The position numbers and the translations under genes are program-made. This document shows positions 35,733 to 45,484 of a DNA stretch of 64,000 nt, one piece after another. The notes beneath the pieces were generated by a model, which had not been told where the DNA came from, ran no database searches, and saw only the letters and a program-made list of their open reading frames with translations. Each line of letters begins with the position of its first letter. The stretch's first letter is position 1. Location: the NCBI GenBank assembly GCA_903885565.1, contig CAISJI010000216.1:8970-72969 (forward strand), read 5' to 3'. This stretch comes from an uncultured Planctomycetaceae bacterium. GTDB taxonomy: Bacteria; Planctomycetota; Planctomycetia; Pirellulales; UBA1268.

Positions 35733-38700
35733 ATGAAAAAGCGAATCAACATCCAGTTTCTGGCGATCATCGCTGGTTTGCTGGTGATCGCCACAGTTGG
35801 CGTGTTCGTGATTCACCGGATTCAGGTGCGGAGGAACATCGACGGTCTTGCCCGACTGGCGCGGGAACGCGTGGCGGAAGGCAAGGCAGCCGAGGCCATT
35901 GGATTCTACGAGCGCTATCTGGCCTTTCATCCTCAGGATCGGGAAGCGACCGCGGAATGGGGCGACCTTCTCCTGGCGGAGGCCGGGGCCCCGACCGCCA
36001 GCGGCCGTGTTCGGAAACGGGCGGCCGCGGGGATGGAGAAGGCGGTGAACAGCAATCCCGGTGACGCTGTCAGGCGGTTGAAGCTGGCGGAGTTTCTCCT
36101 GAAAAATGGTCGGTTTGAGGATGCCCTCGACCATGTGCAGATGCTGCGGAAAAATCTCACCGCCGCCGAAAACCCGCTGGCGGCGCATGCGAGCGAAACG
36201 CCGAAGACTCTGGCCGAAATGATCCCGGGCCGAGTGGAGGAAAAGAGGATTGATCTCTCCACGAATCAGGAAGCAGCCCACCTGGATTTGATGGCTGCCA
36301 AGGCTCACGCTCGGCTGGGGAATTTTGAGGAATCGGCCGCCTTTGCCAGCGATCTCGTGGGCTTCAATCTGGAGAAGCGGGAGTTTGATTCCGAATGGAA
36401 AACGCTGCCTGAATGCGGCGAGGCCTACGAACTGTTGGCGGCGCTCCTGGAGCAGCGGCTCAAGGATCCAGCTGCGGCCGATCGCGTGATGAAACAGTGG
36501 ATCAAGACGCTCCCGGAGGATGGCAAGGCCCGACTGGCTGCGGCGCAGTGGAGCCTTGGTCATGGGGATACGGAAGCGGCCGAGCAGTATGTGGCCAAGG
36601 CCGCAGAAATGCTCCCCAACAATGCGGATGTGCTCTTCACTTCATTCCAGATCGCCCTGAGCGAAAAAAACTACGAGCGAGCCGCCACGATCATCCAAGA
36701 TGCAAAGGGGCGGTTCCCAGAGCGGGTGCTTCGCGCCAGAGCCCTGCTGGCGCTCAAGCAGGAGAACACCGACGAGGCAGTGAAGGTGCTGGAAGGGGGT
36801 GTGGAGAAGTCGGCCAACCCGGAGCAACTCCTCGTGATGCTCTGCGATGTTCTGATCCAGACCAACCGGCTCGATGATGCCGGAAAGAAGATCGATCAGT
36901 TGCGGGAACTTGCCGGTGCGAAAAGCCCACCGGTCATGCTCTTTGACGTTCGGCTCCTGATGGCCAAAGGCCGGTGGCTGGAGGCGAAGCAGAAGCTGGA
37001 GAGCATGCGCGACAACTTGGCAGATTCCAACGATCTGCTCCGGCAGGTTGACCTGATGTTGGCGGAGTGCCTCAAGAATCTGGGGCAGTTTGACGAGCAG
37101 CTCGAGGTGGACAGGCGGGTGGAGGCGGAGGATACGGAGTCGTTCATAGGAAAGGCGCGAATTGCCGCCTCTCTGGCGGCCTCCGGGCGGACCGACGAGG
37201 CTCTGGCAGAATACGAAGCCATCGTGGCTTCGGTTCCTCAGGAATCACTTGCCACGATGCCGCAGGTGTGGGGGCCTCTGCTGCAGCTCCGGGCGGGTAA
37301 GCAGCTCAATCGCAAAAAGCTCGACCGCGACTGGTCGAGCGTCGATGCGCTGCTTGGTCTTCTCCTCCGCATGGACGCAATTGCGGATGACGACAAGGCG
37401 ATTCTGGAGGCCAAGGTTCGTTTTCAGAAAGGGGAGGTGACTTCCGCCATCGAGGCGATGGAAGCGGCCCTGCGGAAGACCCCAGGCAATCAGCGGCTCG
37501 CTGCCAGCTTCGTGGGCATGCTTTTGGAAGCCAATCAGGTCGACAGGGCATCCGAGGCGCTCGCTGCGTTCCCAGCGAGTGATGAGACCCGCCTCGAGCG
37601 GATGTTGTTGGAAGCCCGTCTTATTGAGAAACAAACCAAAGAAGATACGACGCAGCAACTGGCCCGACTCGAGAAGGATGCGCTCGCTCTTCCGCCACCT
37701 CGGGCGCAGGAAGTGCTGGCTGTGCTGGCATCGATTCATGCTGCCGGCGGACGCCAGGCCGAGACAGAGCGGCTATGGAAGCAGATGCTTGAGGCGAATC
37801 CGGGCGATTTGCGGATCCTGCTGGCCCTGTTTGGGATGGCGCGCGAGCAGCAGGATCTCGACAAGGCCACGCGCTATGCCGCGGAGATCGGCCAGTCGTC
37901 GGGCTCCGACAGCGCGCAGGCCAAAACGGCCCAAGCGGCACTCCTGCTCCTGCAGGTGGCGGTCGCCCAGCAGGCACGGACCGAAGGGCCGAAGCTCTCT
38001 GCGGAGGAGAGCGGCAAGCTCGATAAGGCCTACGACATGCTTGTCGACGCGGAGAACGACCGCCCCGATTGGCTCCAGACACAACAGCTCTTCGCCGATA
38101 TCGAGCGCCTGCGTGGCAAACCCACCGCCGCCATCGAACGGCTGCAGAAGGTTGTCACGGCCGGCACGCGGAATCCAGCGGTTATCAAACAGTTGGCGAA
38201 TCTGCTCTATGCGGCCGGGCGGCTGGATGAGGCGGCCCGCACGGTTGACATGCTCAGTGCGTCGGATATCTCGGGCATGGAGCGACTTTTCGCCGATCGG
38301 GCGGCCAGTGAAGGTAAATTCGCCGAGGCGCTGGCGCTGGCGCAGAAGATCGTGTCGCCTGAGTCGAAGAATGTGGGCGAGTTGGTTTGGCTGGCGCAGC
38401 TCTCCGCTCGGGCCGGCCAGGGGAAGCAGGCCGAGGGGCTCTTTGCCCGGGTGTTGGAGCTCTCCCCTGATCAGCCGGTGGCATGGCTGGCGGTGGCCTC
38501 GGCACAGGTGCAGGCGGGGAATCGTGAGGGGGCCGGGCAGACCGCCTCGCGGGCCCGCGAGGTGCTTTCGAGTCCGCAGCGGGAATTGGTCTCGGCGCAG
38601 ATCCGCGAAATGCTCGGCGAAGTCGGTATGGCGGCGGAAAACTATGCGGCAGCCGTGGCAGCGGCGCCTGACGATCCGGCGGTGGCGAGGCAGCGGGCGG

Positions 38701-40139
38701 AATTCCTGATCCGCCGGGGACAGTCGAAGCTTGCTCAGGAGGAGCTGGAACGCATGATCGGCCAGGGTGGGGCAGCCTCGACGCCGCAGAAGACCTGGGC
38801 TCGGCGAACCTTGGCTGGGCTGGCGGCAGAAAGTGGCAGCTACAAGGAGATGTGGAAGGCTCGGGCGCTGCTCAAGCCGGCCGCCGGCGACGGTGAGGAT
38901 ATCCAGAGGCAGAATCAGGGGCTCGAGGTGGCATTGCTCGCCGCCCGGCCTGAGCCAGCCTCTTGGCTGGCAGCTCTCGATCTGGCCGACACAATGCGAA
39001 TCCAGGGACCGCTCCCCGGCAATCTGCGCCTGTTGCTGTCTCAGATACTCGAGAAACTCGATCGTTGGCAGGAGGCGCGCACTGAGCTGATCGATCTGGC
39101 CGGTGCGCCGAATGCGGCGGTGCAATTGCAGGCATTTGTCACCGAGCGACTTCTCGCCCACGGCGAAATCGCCAGTGCAAAAACCGCCTTGGAAAAGCTG
39201 CAGGCGACCGATCCCGATTCGCCGGCCACGCTGGCCATTGAGGCCCGGGTGGCGCTGGCCGCCGGCGATAGGGCAGCCGCCGTGGCGGTGGCTCGGCGGT
39301 TGATGCCGACAGCCGATGGCCCGCCCCAACGCGACGAACAGTTGGCTGCCACCGCGGCGCTGATGGAGGAACTCACGTTTGAGAAGGCTGCCGAGCAGGT
39401 GTTCGACCGATATGCCGAGCAGTCGCCGAAGGGGATGGTGGAGCGGGCGAAATTTCTGGCGCGGCAGAAGCGGGTCGATGAGGCCCTGACGCGTCTTGGT
39501 GAAGGGTGGGGAAAACTGCCTCCTGCTCAGATCATTCAGATTGCCCTCCAGCTTGTGCAGGGGGAAGGCAGGCCTGCCAATCCCGAGTTGGTAGCCGCGC
39601 TGGAAGCCTTGATCGACCGGGCGCGGCAGGAGGATCCGGGCTCAGCTGTGCTGCTGATGACTGAGGCGGGTGCCAAGGAATTACTGGAGCAGCGCGAGGA
39701 TGCCATGCGGATCTACCGTTCGTTGCTGGAGGGGGATCGGTTGCCCCCCATGCAGGCGGCGCTGATCTCCAATAACCTCGCTTACAATCTGCTGGCCAAT
39801 CCCAGCCCCAGCGACGTGGATGAGGCAAAAAGACTGATCGACTCTGCCATCGTGGAGCTGGGGCCGAATCCGGAACTGCTCGACACGCGGGCGCTGGTCT
39901 GGCTGGCGGCGGGAGAGCCGCAGAAGGCAATCGCGGATTTAAAAGAAACGCTCGTGCTGCCGACAGCGCAAAAGCAACTCCATCTGGCGGTTGCGTATCT
40001 GGTTTCTAAAAACAGTCCGAATGCCCGCATCGCCTTCGAAAAGGCAGCCAAGCTGGGACTCGATCCCGCCAAGCTTGATCCCCAGGACAGGGCGATCCTG
40101 GAGAAGCTGGAAGCAGCCTTGGGCAAGCGGAATCGGTGA
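35733..40139 (+). CDS. Giant membrane-anchored TPR-repeat protein (paralogue 2)
   Basis: 1,468 aa. The N-terminal TM segment is INIQFLAIIAGLLVIATVGVFVI. It is collinear with 9814..14190. For example, PQVWGPLLQLRAGKQLN...DRDWSSV matches PQVWQPLLQLRANQQLK...NRDWSQV. The C-terminal LHLAVAYLVSKN...LDPQDRAILEKLEAAL matches LHLACALAADKD...LEPDDRERMKALEALL. Confidence 0.85.
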   Translation: MKKRINIQFLAIIAGLLVIATVGVFVIHRIQVRRNIDGLARLARERVAEGKAAEAIGFYERYLAFHPQDREATAEWGDLLLAEAGAPTASGRVRKRAAAGMEKAVNSNPGDAVRRLKLAEFLLKNGRFEDALDHVQMLRKNLTAAENPLAAHASETPKTLAEMIPGRVEEKRIDLSTNQEAAHLDLMAAKAHARLGNFEESAAFASDLVGFNLEKREFDSEWKTLPECGEAYELLAALLEQRLKDPAAADRVMKQWIKTLPEDGKARLAAAQWSLGHGDTEAAEQYVAKAAEMLPNNADVLFTSFQIALSEKNYERAATIIQDAKGRFPERVLRARALLALKQENTDEAVKVLEGGVEKSANPEQLLVMLCDVLIQTNRLDDAGKKIDQLRELAGAKSPPVMLFDVRLLMAKGRWLEAKQKLESMRDNLADSNDLLRQVDLMLAECLKNLGQFDEQLEVDRRVEAEDTESFIGKARIAASLAASGRTDEALAEYEAIVASVPQESLATMPQVWGPLLQLRAGKQLNRKKLDRDWSSVDALLGLLLRMDAIADDDKAILEAKVRFQKGEVTSAIEAMEAALRKTPGNQRLAASFVGMLLEANQVDRASEALAAFPASDETRLERMLLEARLIEKQTKEDTTQQLARLEKDALALPPPRAQEVLAVLASIHAAGGRQAETERLWKQMLEANPGDLRILLALFGMAREQQDLDKATRYAAEIGQSSGSDSAQAKTAQAALLLLQVAVAQQARTEGPKLSAEESGKLDKAYDMLVDAENDRPDWLQTQQLFADIERLRGKPTAAIERLQKVVTAGTRNPAVIKQLANLLYAAGRLDEAARTVDMLSASDISGMERLFADRAASEGKFAEALALAQKIVSPESKNVGELVWLAQLSARAGQGKQAEGLFARVLELSPDQPVAWLAVASAQVQAGNREGAGQTASRAREVLSSPQRELVSAQIREMLGEVGMAAENYAAAVAAAPDDPAVARQRAEFLIRRGQSKLAQEELERMIGQGGAASTPQKTWARRTLAGLAAESGSYKEMWKARALLKPAAGDGEDIQRQNQGLEVALLAARPEPASWLAALDLADTMRIQGPLPGNLRLLLSQILEKLDRWQEARTELIDLAGAPNAAVQLQAFVTERLLAHGEIASAKTALEKLQATDPDSPATLAIEARVALAAGDRAAAVAVARRLMPTADGPPQRDEQLAATAALMEELTFEKAAEQVFDRYAEQSPKGMVERAKFLARQKRVDEALTRLGEGWGKLPPAQIIQIALQLVQGEGRPANPELVAALEALIDRARQEDPGSAVLLMTEAGAKELLEQREDAMRIYRSLLEGDRLPPMQAALISNNLAYNLLANPSPSDVDEAKRLIDSAIVELGPNPELLDTRALVWLAAGEPQKAIADLKETLVLPTAQKQLHLAVAYLVSKNSPNARIAFEKAAKLGLDPAKLDPQDRAILEKLEAALGKRNR

Positions 40140-40221
40140 GCCTGCTAGAGGCCACTACCGCCGCACCGCGGATGCACTTGAGCCTCCGCCTGCGCGGCAC
40201 TTTTCCCTGAATCGACCGCAG

Positions 40222-40240
40222 GAAAACCCCGAGGGTTTTC
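40222..40240. terminator. Perfect 8-bp hairpin, possible bidirectional terminator (downstream of TPR-2 and of tRNA-Val)
   Basis: GAAAACCC-cga-GGGTTTTC. It lies 83 nt after the TPR-2 stop and 45 nt after the tRNA 3' end on the other strand. No long U-run follows. Confidence 0.35.
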
Positions 40241-40284
40241 TGGATCGACCACCTCCGCATCGAGCGGGGCATACACACATTCAC

Positions 40285-40358
40285 TGGGCAAAGAGGGACT
40301 CGAACCCCCAACCCCCTCGGTGTAAGCGAGGTGCTCTAACCAATTGAGCTATTTGCAC
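40285..40358 (-). tRNA. tRNA-Val (anticodon UAC)
   Basis: I folded the minus strand by hand as a 74-nt cloverleaf. The D stem is GCTC/GAGC. The anticodon stem is CCTCG/CGAGG with loop CTTACAC (UAC). The variable loop has 5 nt. The T arm is GGGGG-TTCGAGT-CCCTC. The discriminator is A and no CCA is encoded. Acceptor pair 2:71 is a U-C mismatch. Confidence 0.85.
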
Positions 40359-40466
40359 GATCTGCCGTCCCGCGCTCGGCCTGAATGGTTCTGGCGAGGT
40401 CGCGGGAGCAGGTCTAAGAATCCGATTCTACCCGGCTGCCACCACAACGCCATGGCCAGATAGCCC

Positions 40467-42245
40467 TCACGCTTTCGGCGGCGGCACCACCGTGCGAATT
40501 CCCAGTTCCACCAACTGCTTTGCTTCCACCGGCGAGGGGGCGCCGGTCATCAGATCACTCGCCTTTTGCGTTTTCGGGAAGGCGATCACGTCGCGGATCG
40601 AATCGAGCTTCCCCAGCAGCATCACCCAGCGATCGATCCCCAACGCGATGCCGCCGTGCGGGGGCGCCCCGCTGCGCAGGGCGTCGAGCAGGAAGCCAAA
40701 CCGCTCCCGGGCCATCTCCGCCGAAATGCCCAGCAGCTTGAACACCTTCTCCTGCGTCGCCGAGTCGTGGATGCGGATCGTGCCGCCGCCCGCCTCCGAG
40801 CCGTTGATGACCAGATCGTAGGCCTGTGCCCGGCAGCGGGCCGGATCGCTCTCGAGGGCCTGCAGATCGGCGGCCCGGGGGGCGGTGAAGGGATGGTGCA
40901 TCGAGGCCCAGCCGCCGCTTTCGGCATCATGGGCAAACATCGGGAAATCGACCACCCAGGAAAAATGCATGCTGTTGGGATCGTAGAGCCCAAGCGTCGC
41001 TCCCAGCCGCTTGCGGAGCGTGTGGAGCGCCTTGCAGGAAACGTCGAACGAATCGGCGACGATCAGCACCAGATCCCCAGGCTCTGCAGCCAGCTTCGCC
41101 CGCAGCGCCGCTCCCACCTCTCCCACCAGATTCTTGGCGACTGGCCCGGAGAATTCGCCCCCCGCCTCCACCTTCAGCCATACCAGACCCTTGGCCCCTG
41201 CCTCCACCGCCAGGGCAGTCAGCTCGTCGAGCTCCTTGCGGGAGAAGCGGGTCGCCCCACCCGGCACGCGGATGCCGCGCACCCGCCCGCCCGATTCGGC
41301 GGCTGCCTTGAAGACCCGAAACTCGCTGCCAGAGGCTTCCGGAGTGAGATCGACGATCTCCAGGCCGTAGCGCAGATCGGGGGCATCGTGTCCAAACCGC
41401 TCCATGCATTCATCCCAGGTGAGCCGCGGCAGTGGCACAGGCACCTCGAGCCCGAGGATCTCGCGCGCGGTCCGCTGCACGAGCCCCTCGATCACTCCCA
41501 TCACATCGGCCGATTCGACAAACGACATCTCGACGTCGAGCTGCGTGAATTCGGGCTGCCGATCGGCCCGCAGATCCTCGTCCCGGAAGCACTTGGCCAC
41601 CTGCACGTAGCGGTCAAATCCTGCCATCATTAACAGCTGCTTGTAGAGCTGAGGCGACTGCGGCAGGGCAAAGAACGCGCCGTGATCAAGCCGGCTGGGC
41701 ACGAGGTAGTCGCGGGCGCCCTCTGGCGTGCTGCGGCCGAGCATCGGCGTTTCCACATCGATGAACTCAAGGTCGTCAAAATAATCGCGCATGATCTTCA
41801 CGATCCGGTGCCGCAGGAACAGGTTTTCCTGCATGGCCGGTCGGCGCAGGTCGAGCCAGCGATTCTCCAGTCGCACCTCCTCGCCCGGCAGATCGGTGGC
41901 GCCCGGCTGGAAAACCGGCGTCTCGGCCTCGTTGAGCACCTCGAGGTGCTGGCAGGAAACCTCAATCGCCCCGGTGGCGAGTTTGGGGTTGGTGGTGCCG
42001 TCAGGGCGGGCCCCCACCGTGCCCCGCACGAGGATCACCCATTCGGGCCGGACGGTTTTCGCCAGCGCGAGCAGCTCAGCTGAGTTTTCCGGGCCCACCA
42101 CCACCTGCGTGCGGCCCCAGCGGTCGCGGAGGTCGATGAAGATCACTCCCTTATGGTCGCGAACCCTGTCAACCCAGCCACAGAGCGCCACATGAGCGCC
42201 GAGATTTTCCGCACGCAATTCACCGCAGGTGTGACTTCGAAGCAC
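40467..42245 (-). CDS. aspS: Aspartate--tRNA ligase
   Basis: 592 aa. MLRSHTCGELR..., FRDEDLRADRQPEFTQLD (class II motif 2) and GGIALGIDRWVML (motif 3) are present. Confidence 0.95.
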   Translation of the reverse strand: MLRSHTCGELRAENLGAHVALCGWVDRVRDHKGVIFIDLRDRWGRTQVVVGPENSAELLALAKTVRPEWVILVRGTVGARPDGTTNPKLATGAIEVSCQHLEVLNEAETPVFQPGATDLPGEEVRLENRWLDLRRPAMQENLFLRHRIVKIMRDYFDDLEFIDVETPMLGRSTPEGARDYLVPSRLDHGAFFALPQSPQLYKQLLMMAGFDRYVQVAKCFRDEDLRADRQPEFTQLDVEMSFVESADVMGVIEGLVQRTAREILGLEVPVPLPRLTWDECMERFGHDAPDLRYGLEIVDLTPEASGSEFRVFKAAAESGGRVRGIRVPGGATRFSRKELDELTALAVEAGAKGLVWLKVEAGGEFSGPVAKNLVGEVGAALRAKLAAEPGDLVLIVADSFDVSCKALHTLRKRLGATLGLYDPNSMHFSWVVDFPMFAHDAESGGWASMHHPFTAPRAADLQALESDPARCRAQAYDLVINGSEAGGGTIRIHDSATQEKVFKLLGISAEMARERFGFLLDALRSGAPPHGGIALGIDRWVMLLGKLDSIRDVIAFPKTQKASDLMTGAPSPVEAKQLVELGIRTVVPPPKA

Positions 42246-42373
42246 GCAACAAACCTTTCAAGACGACAGGGATTTCACGACACCAGACCGAGCCACTTGA
42301 GGCTGCGGGGCCAGAGCCCACACAAAACTGTCGCCGGAAGAGAAGGCCGGCACAAGCCCGCCTTACCCACGGG

Positions 42374-42571
42374 CTACGACTGCCACACCGAGAGCACAAG
42401 CAGCGTGACCGCCAGCAGAATCGCGACGGTCGCCACCGGCACCGCTCCCCAGAGAATGAGCGTCGGCACCAAGGCCCCCAGTTGGCTGCCGGCGAACACG
42501 GCCGCCAGCGTGAGGATTGCAAAGATGATCGTCAGGGCGAGGCTCGTCCACGCCAGGATTTTTGTCAGCAC
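42374..42571 (-). CDS. Small two-TM membrane protein (hypothetical)
   Basis: 65 aa, MLTKILAWTSLALTIIFAILTLAAVFAG...VATVAILLAVTLLVLSVWQS. It lies between dcd and aspS on the same strand. No homology is recognisable. Confidence 0.45.
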   Translation of the reverse strand: MLTKILAWTSLALTIIFAILTLAAVFAGSQLGALVPTLILWGAVPVATVAILLAVTLLVLSVWQS

Positions 42572-42577
42572 GTTTGC

Positions 42578-43189
<612 letters not shown>

Positions 43190-43254
43190 GAAAGGGTCTC
43201 GTGGGAGCGAGGGCGGAACAGAGCGGGGCGACTGAGCCCAATTGTACGCTTTTT

Positions 43255-43974
43255 TCAGCCGGTTCCCATGGGGCCGCGGCGGCTCTTGCCGGCGGCTGGC
43301 TGCACGCCTATTCGCGGGCAGATATCGGCCAGAAGACAGGCCCCGCAGCGCGGAACACGAGCGGAGCAAACACCGCGGCCATGCTCGATCAGCCTGTGGC
43401 TCCAGCCGATCCAGTGGGACTGGGGCACCGCGGCGATCAGATCACGCTCGGCCCGCACGGCGTCGGTATGGCGGGTGAGGCCCAGCCGGCGGGAGAGCCG
43501 CCCCACATGGGTGTCGACCACCACTCCCACCGCCGTGTGGAACGCGCAGCCCAGCACCACATTGGCAGTTTTGCGCCCCACGCCCGGCAGTTTCACTAAA
43601 GCCTCGAGCGATTCTGGAACCTCCCCCCCATGCCGGTCGACCAGAGCCTGGCAGCAGGCGAGGATATTCTTCGCCTTGGCGCGGAAGAAGCCGGTGCTGT
43701 GGATCATCTCCTCGATCTCGGGCTGCTCCGCTGCGGCCATGGCCTGCGGGGTGGGCCAGCGGCGAAACAGGGCTCCCGTCACGACATTGACCCGTTTGTC
43801 GGTGCACTGGGCCGACAGAATCGTTGCCACAAGCAATTGAAACGGGGTGGCGAAATCGAGCGAGCAACGGGCCTCGGGGTGGGCTTCCGCCAGACGCTCG
43901 GCCACGGTGGCCGCTTGCCGGGCACGGTCTGCCGCTGAACGAGGCGCTGCGGGGCGAAGGGTGCTACGATTCAT
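43255..43974 (-). CDS. nth: Endonuclease III (DNA-(apurinic or apyrimidinic site) lyase)
   Basis: FQLLVATILSAQCTDKRVN, the HhH LPGVGRKTANVVL and the 4Fe-4S cluster CSARVPRCGACLLADIC are present. Confidence 0.9.
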   Translation of the reverse strand: MNRSTLRPAAPRSAADRARQAATVAERLAEAHPEARCSLDFATPFQLLVATILSAQCTDKRVNVVTGALFRRWPTPQAMAAAEQPEIEEMIHSTGFFRAKAKNILACCQALVDRHGGEVPESLEALVKLPGVGRKTANVVLGCAFHTAVGVVVDTHVGRLSRRLGLTRHTDAVRAERDLIAAVPQSHWIGWSHRLIEHGRGVCSARVPRCGACLLADICPRIGVQPAAGKSRRGPMGTG

Positions 43975-44006
43975 GGGAATGTCCAGACCGTCCTCAGGAG
44001 TCGACC

Positions 44007-44417
44007 ATGGCAGCGAGCGATCCGCCGCCCCTCTACGACCCGCTCTATCTGCAGGGCATCGAAAAATTCAATGAGTGCGATTACTACGAAAGCCACGAGG
44101 TGTGGGAGGAACTCTGGACCGAATACCGGGGGGATTCGAGAAAATTCTATCAGGGACTGATCCAGGCGGCCGTCGCCCTCTATCATTTTGGCAACGGAAA
44201 CATTCGCGGCGCCCGCAAACTTCATACAAGCGTCCACGGCTATCTGGAGCCCTACGCCCCGGTTCACCTCGGGCTCGATCTGGTGGGGTTTCTCCGGTCG
44301 TTCGACACCTGCCTCGCCGAAGTGGCTGCCAGCACGGAAGAATTTCCCTCCATCGAACTCAATCCGGAACTGCTCCCTGAAATCCACCTCGATCCAGCCC
44401 CTCCAGACGTAACGTAA
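44007..44417 (+). CDS. DUF309 domain protein
   Basis: GIEKFNECDYYESHEVWEELW...QGLIQAAVALYHFGNGNIRGARKL is the DUF309 signature. The start is ATG 44007. Confidence 0.75.
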   Translation: MAASDPPPLYDPLYLQGIEKFNECDYYESHEVWEELWTEYRGDSRKFYQGLIQAAVALYHFGNGNIRGARKLHTSVHGYLEPYAPVHLGLDLVGFLRSFDTCLAEVAASTEEFPSIELNPELLPEIHLDPAPPDVT

Positions 44418-44450
44418 ACTGCCCGTGGAAAAAGTCATCTCCGAATCGAA

Positions 44451-45155
44451 GTGATGTCAGACGAACCGTTGGCCTTCTCTCCAGAACAGTTTTCCGGCTT
44501 GGCTCGGGTTTTCCCGCTGCCGAATATGGTGATGTTTCCCCACGTCATGCAGGCCCTCCATATCTTTGAGCCCCGCTACCGGCAACTGCTTGAGGAATCG
44601 CTCGCGACCGATCGGCTGATTGCCCTTGGCGTGCTCGCCCCCGGCTGGGAATCAGACTACGAGGGACGTCCGGCCCTCCATCCCACCGCCTGCCTCTGTC
44701 GCGTGGCAACGCACCAGCGCACCGATCAGGGGACCTCGAATGTGCTTCTGCTGGGGGTGCGCCGACTGCGGCTGGGCCGCGAACTCCCCAGCCAGGAAAC
44801 CGGGAAACTGTTCCGGGTGGTGGAGGCGGAGATCCTCGAGGACGCCGCCCCCAGCGACATCACAGCCAGCGCCGCGGCGGGGCTCCAGCGGGAACTGCTC
44901 GCCGCCTTCAAGCGGGCGATACCGAAGATGCCCGATGCCTACGACCAGCTCGATCAGTTGCTGGGCAATCAGATCTCCCTCGGCATGCTTAGCGACATCG
45001 TCTCCTACACGATCGAACTCGACATGAACTGGAAGCTGCGGCTGTTGGCGGAATGCGATGTGGTGCGCCGCACGCACCTGCTGCTGGAGGCATTGTCAGG
45101 GCGGACGCCAGGCACCCCCGGCCGGCCGTTCCCGCCGCTCTTTAGCCAGAACTGA
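44451..45155 (+). CDS. LON substrate-binding (Lon N-terminal) domain protein
   Basis: VFPLPNMVMFPHVMQALHIFEPRYRQLL is the classic Lon N-domain opening. At 234 aa it has no AAA or protease domain. Confidence 0.8.
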   Translation: MMSDEPLAFSPEQFSGLARVFPLPNMVMFPHVMQALHIFEPRYRQLLEESLATDRLIALGVLAPGWESDYEGRPALHPTACLCRVATHQRTDQGTSNVLLLGVRRLRLGRELPSQETGKLFRVVEAEILEDAAPSDITASAAAGLQRELLAAFKRAIPKMPDAYDQLDQLLGNQISLGMLSDIVSYTIELDMNWKLRLLAECDVVRRTHLLLEALSGRTPGTPGRPFPPLFSQN

Positions 45156-45161
45156 AATTTA

Positions 45162-45367
45162 CGCCCGCAGGGCCATCCATGGCCCCTGCAGGCTTGGGCA
45201 GGCGAAGGCGAAGCCAAGGTTCGCCTAGCCTGCCGGGGCCCGCCGTCCGGGCGGGTTGGCTTCGCGCCCGCAGGGCCATCCATGGCCCCTGCAGGCTTGG
45301 GGCATTCGGAGTCACAGCCGAGGTGTGCCTCGAATGCAAGTGCCCGCCGTCCGGGCGGGCGGCGGGC
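45162..45367 (+). repeat. Two diverged tandem ~103-bp units, each made of a 38-bp palindromic module plus the 18-bp module GCCCGCCGTCCGGGCGGG
   Basis: CGCCCGCAGGGCCATCCATGGCCCCTGCAGGCTTGGG occurs at 45162-45198 and 45265-45301. GCCCGCCGTCCGGGCGGG occurs at 45238-45255 and 45342-45359. The spacing is 103-104 nt in both cases and the sequence between modules has diverged. Confidence 0.8.
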
Positions 45368-45373
45368 ACTTGC
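45336..45373 (+). other. Perfect 13-bp inverted repeat (stem-loop) in the folE upstream gap
   Basis: GCAAGTGCCCGCC-gtccgggcgggc-GGCGGGCACTTGC. The 5' arm can alternatively pair with GGCGGG inside the loop, giving mutually exclusive hairpins. Confidence 0.7.
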
Positions 45374-45375
45374 AA

Positions 45376-45410
45376 TCCCGTGTGCATCGATCATGTCGGG
45401 ACGATTTTTT
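45376..45410 (+). terminator. Weak terminator-like hairpin plus T6 run
   Basis: TCCCG...CGGGA flanks a segment centred on the ATCGAT palindrome, followed by ACGATTTTTTC. The stem is short, so this is a low-confidence call. Confidence 0.3.
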
Positions 45411-45484
45411 CACCGACAGCGGCGAATACAGCCTGTTTTCCGTAGGCCCGCTGTGCGGCGGCCGCGGGGGATTAAACTGAGGGC

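Noticed and set aside
45400-45484. THF-II (folE motif) or other riboswitch directly upstream of folE.
   Set aside because: I cannot reproduce the consensus from memory well enough to claim a match. I keep it only as a test suggestion in the finding on the folE leader.
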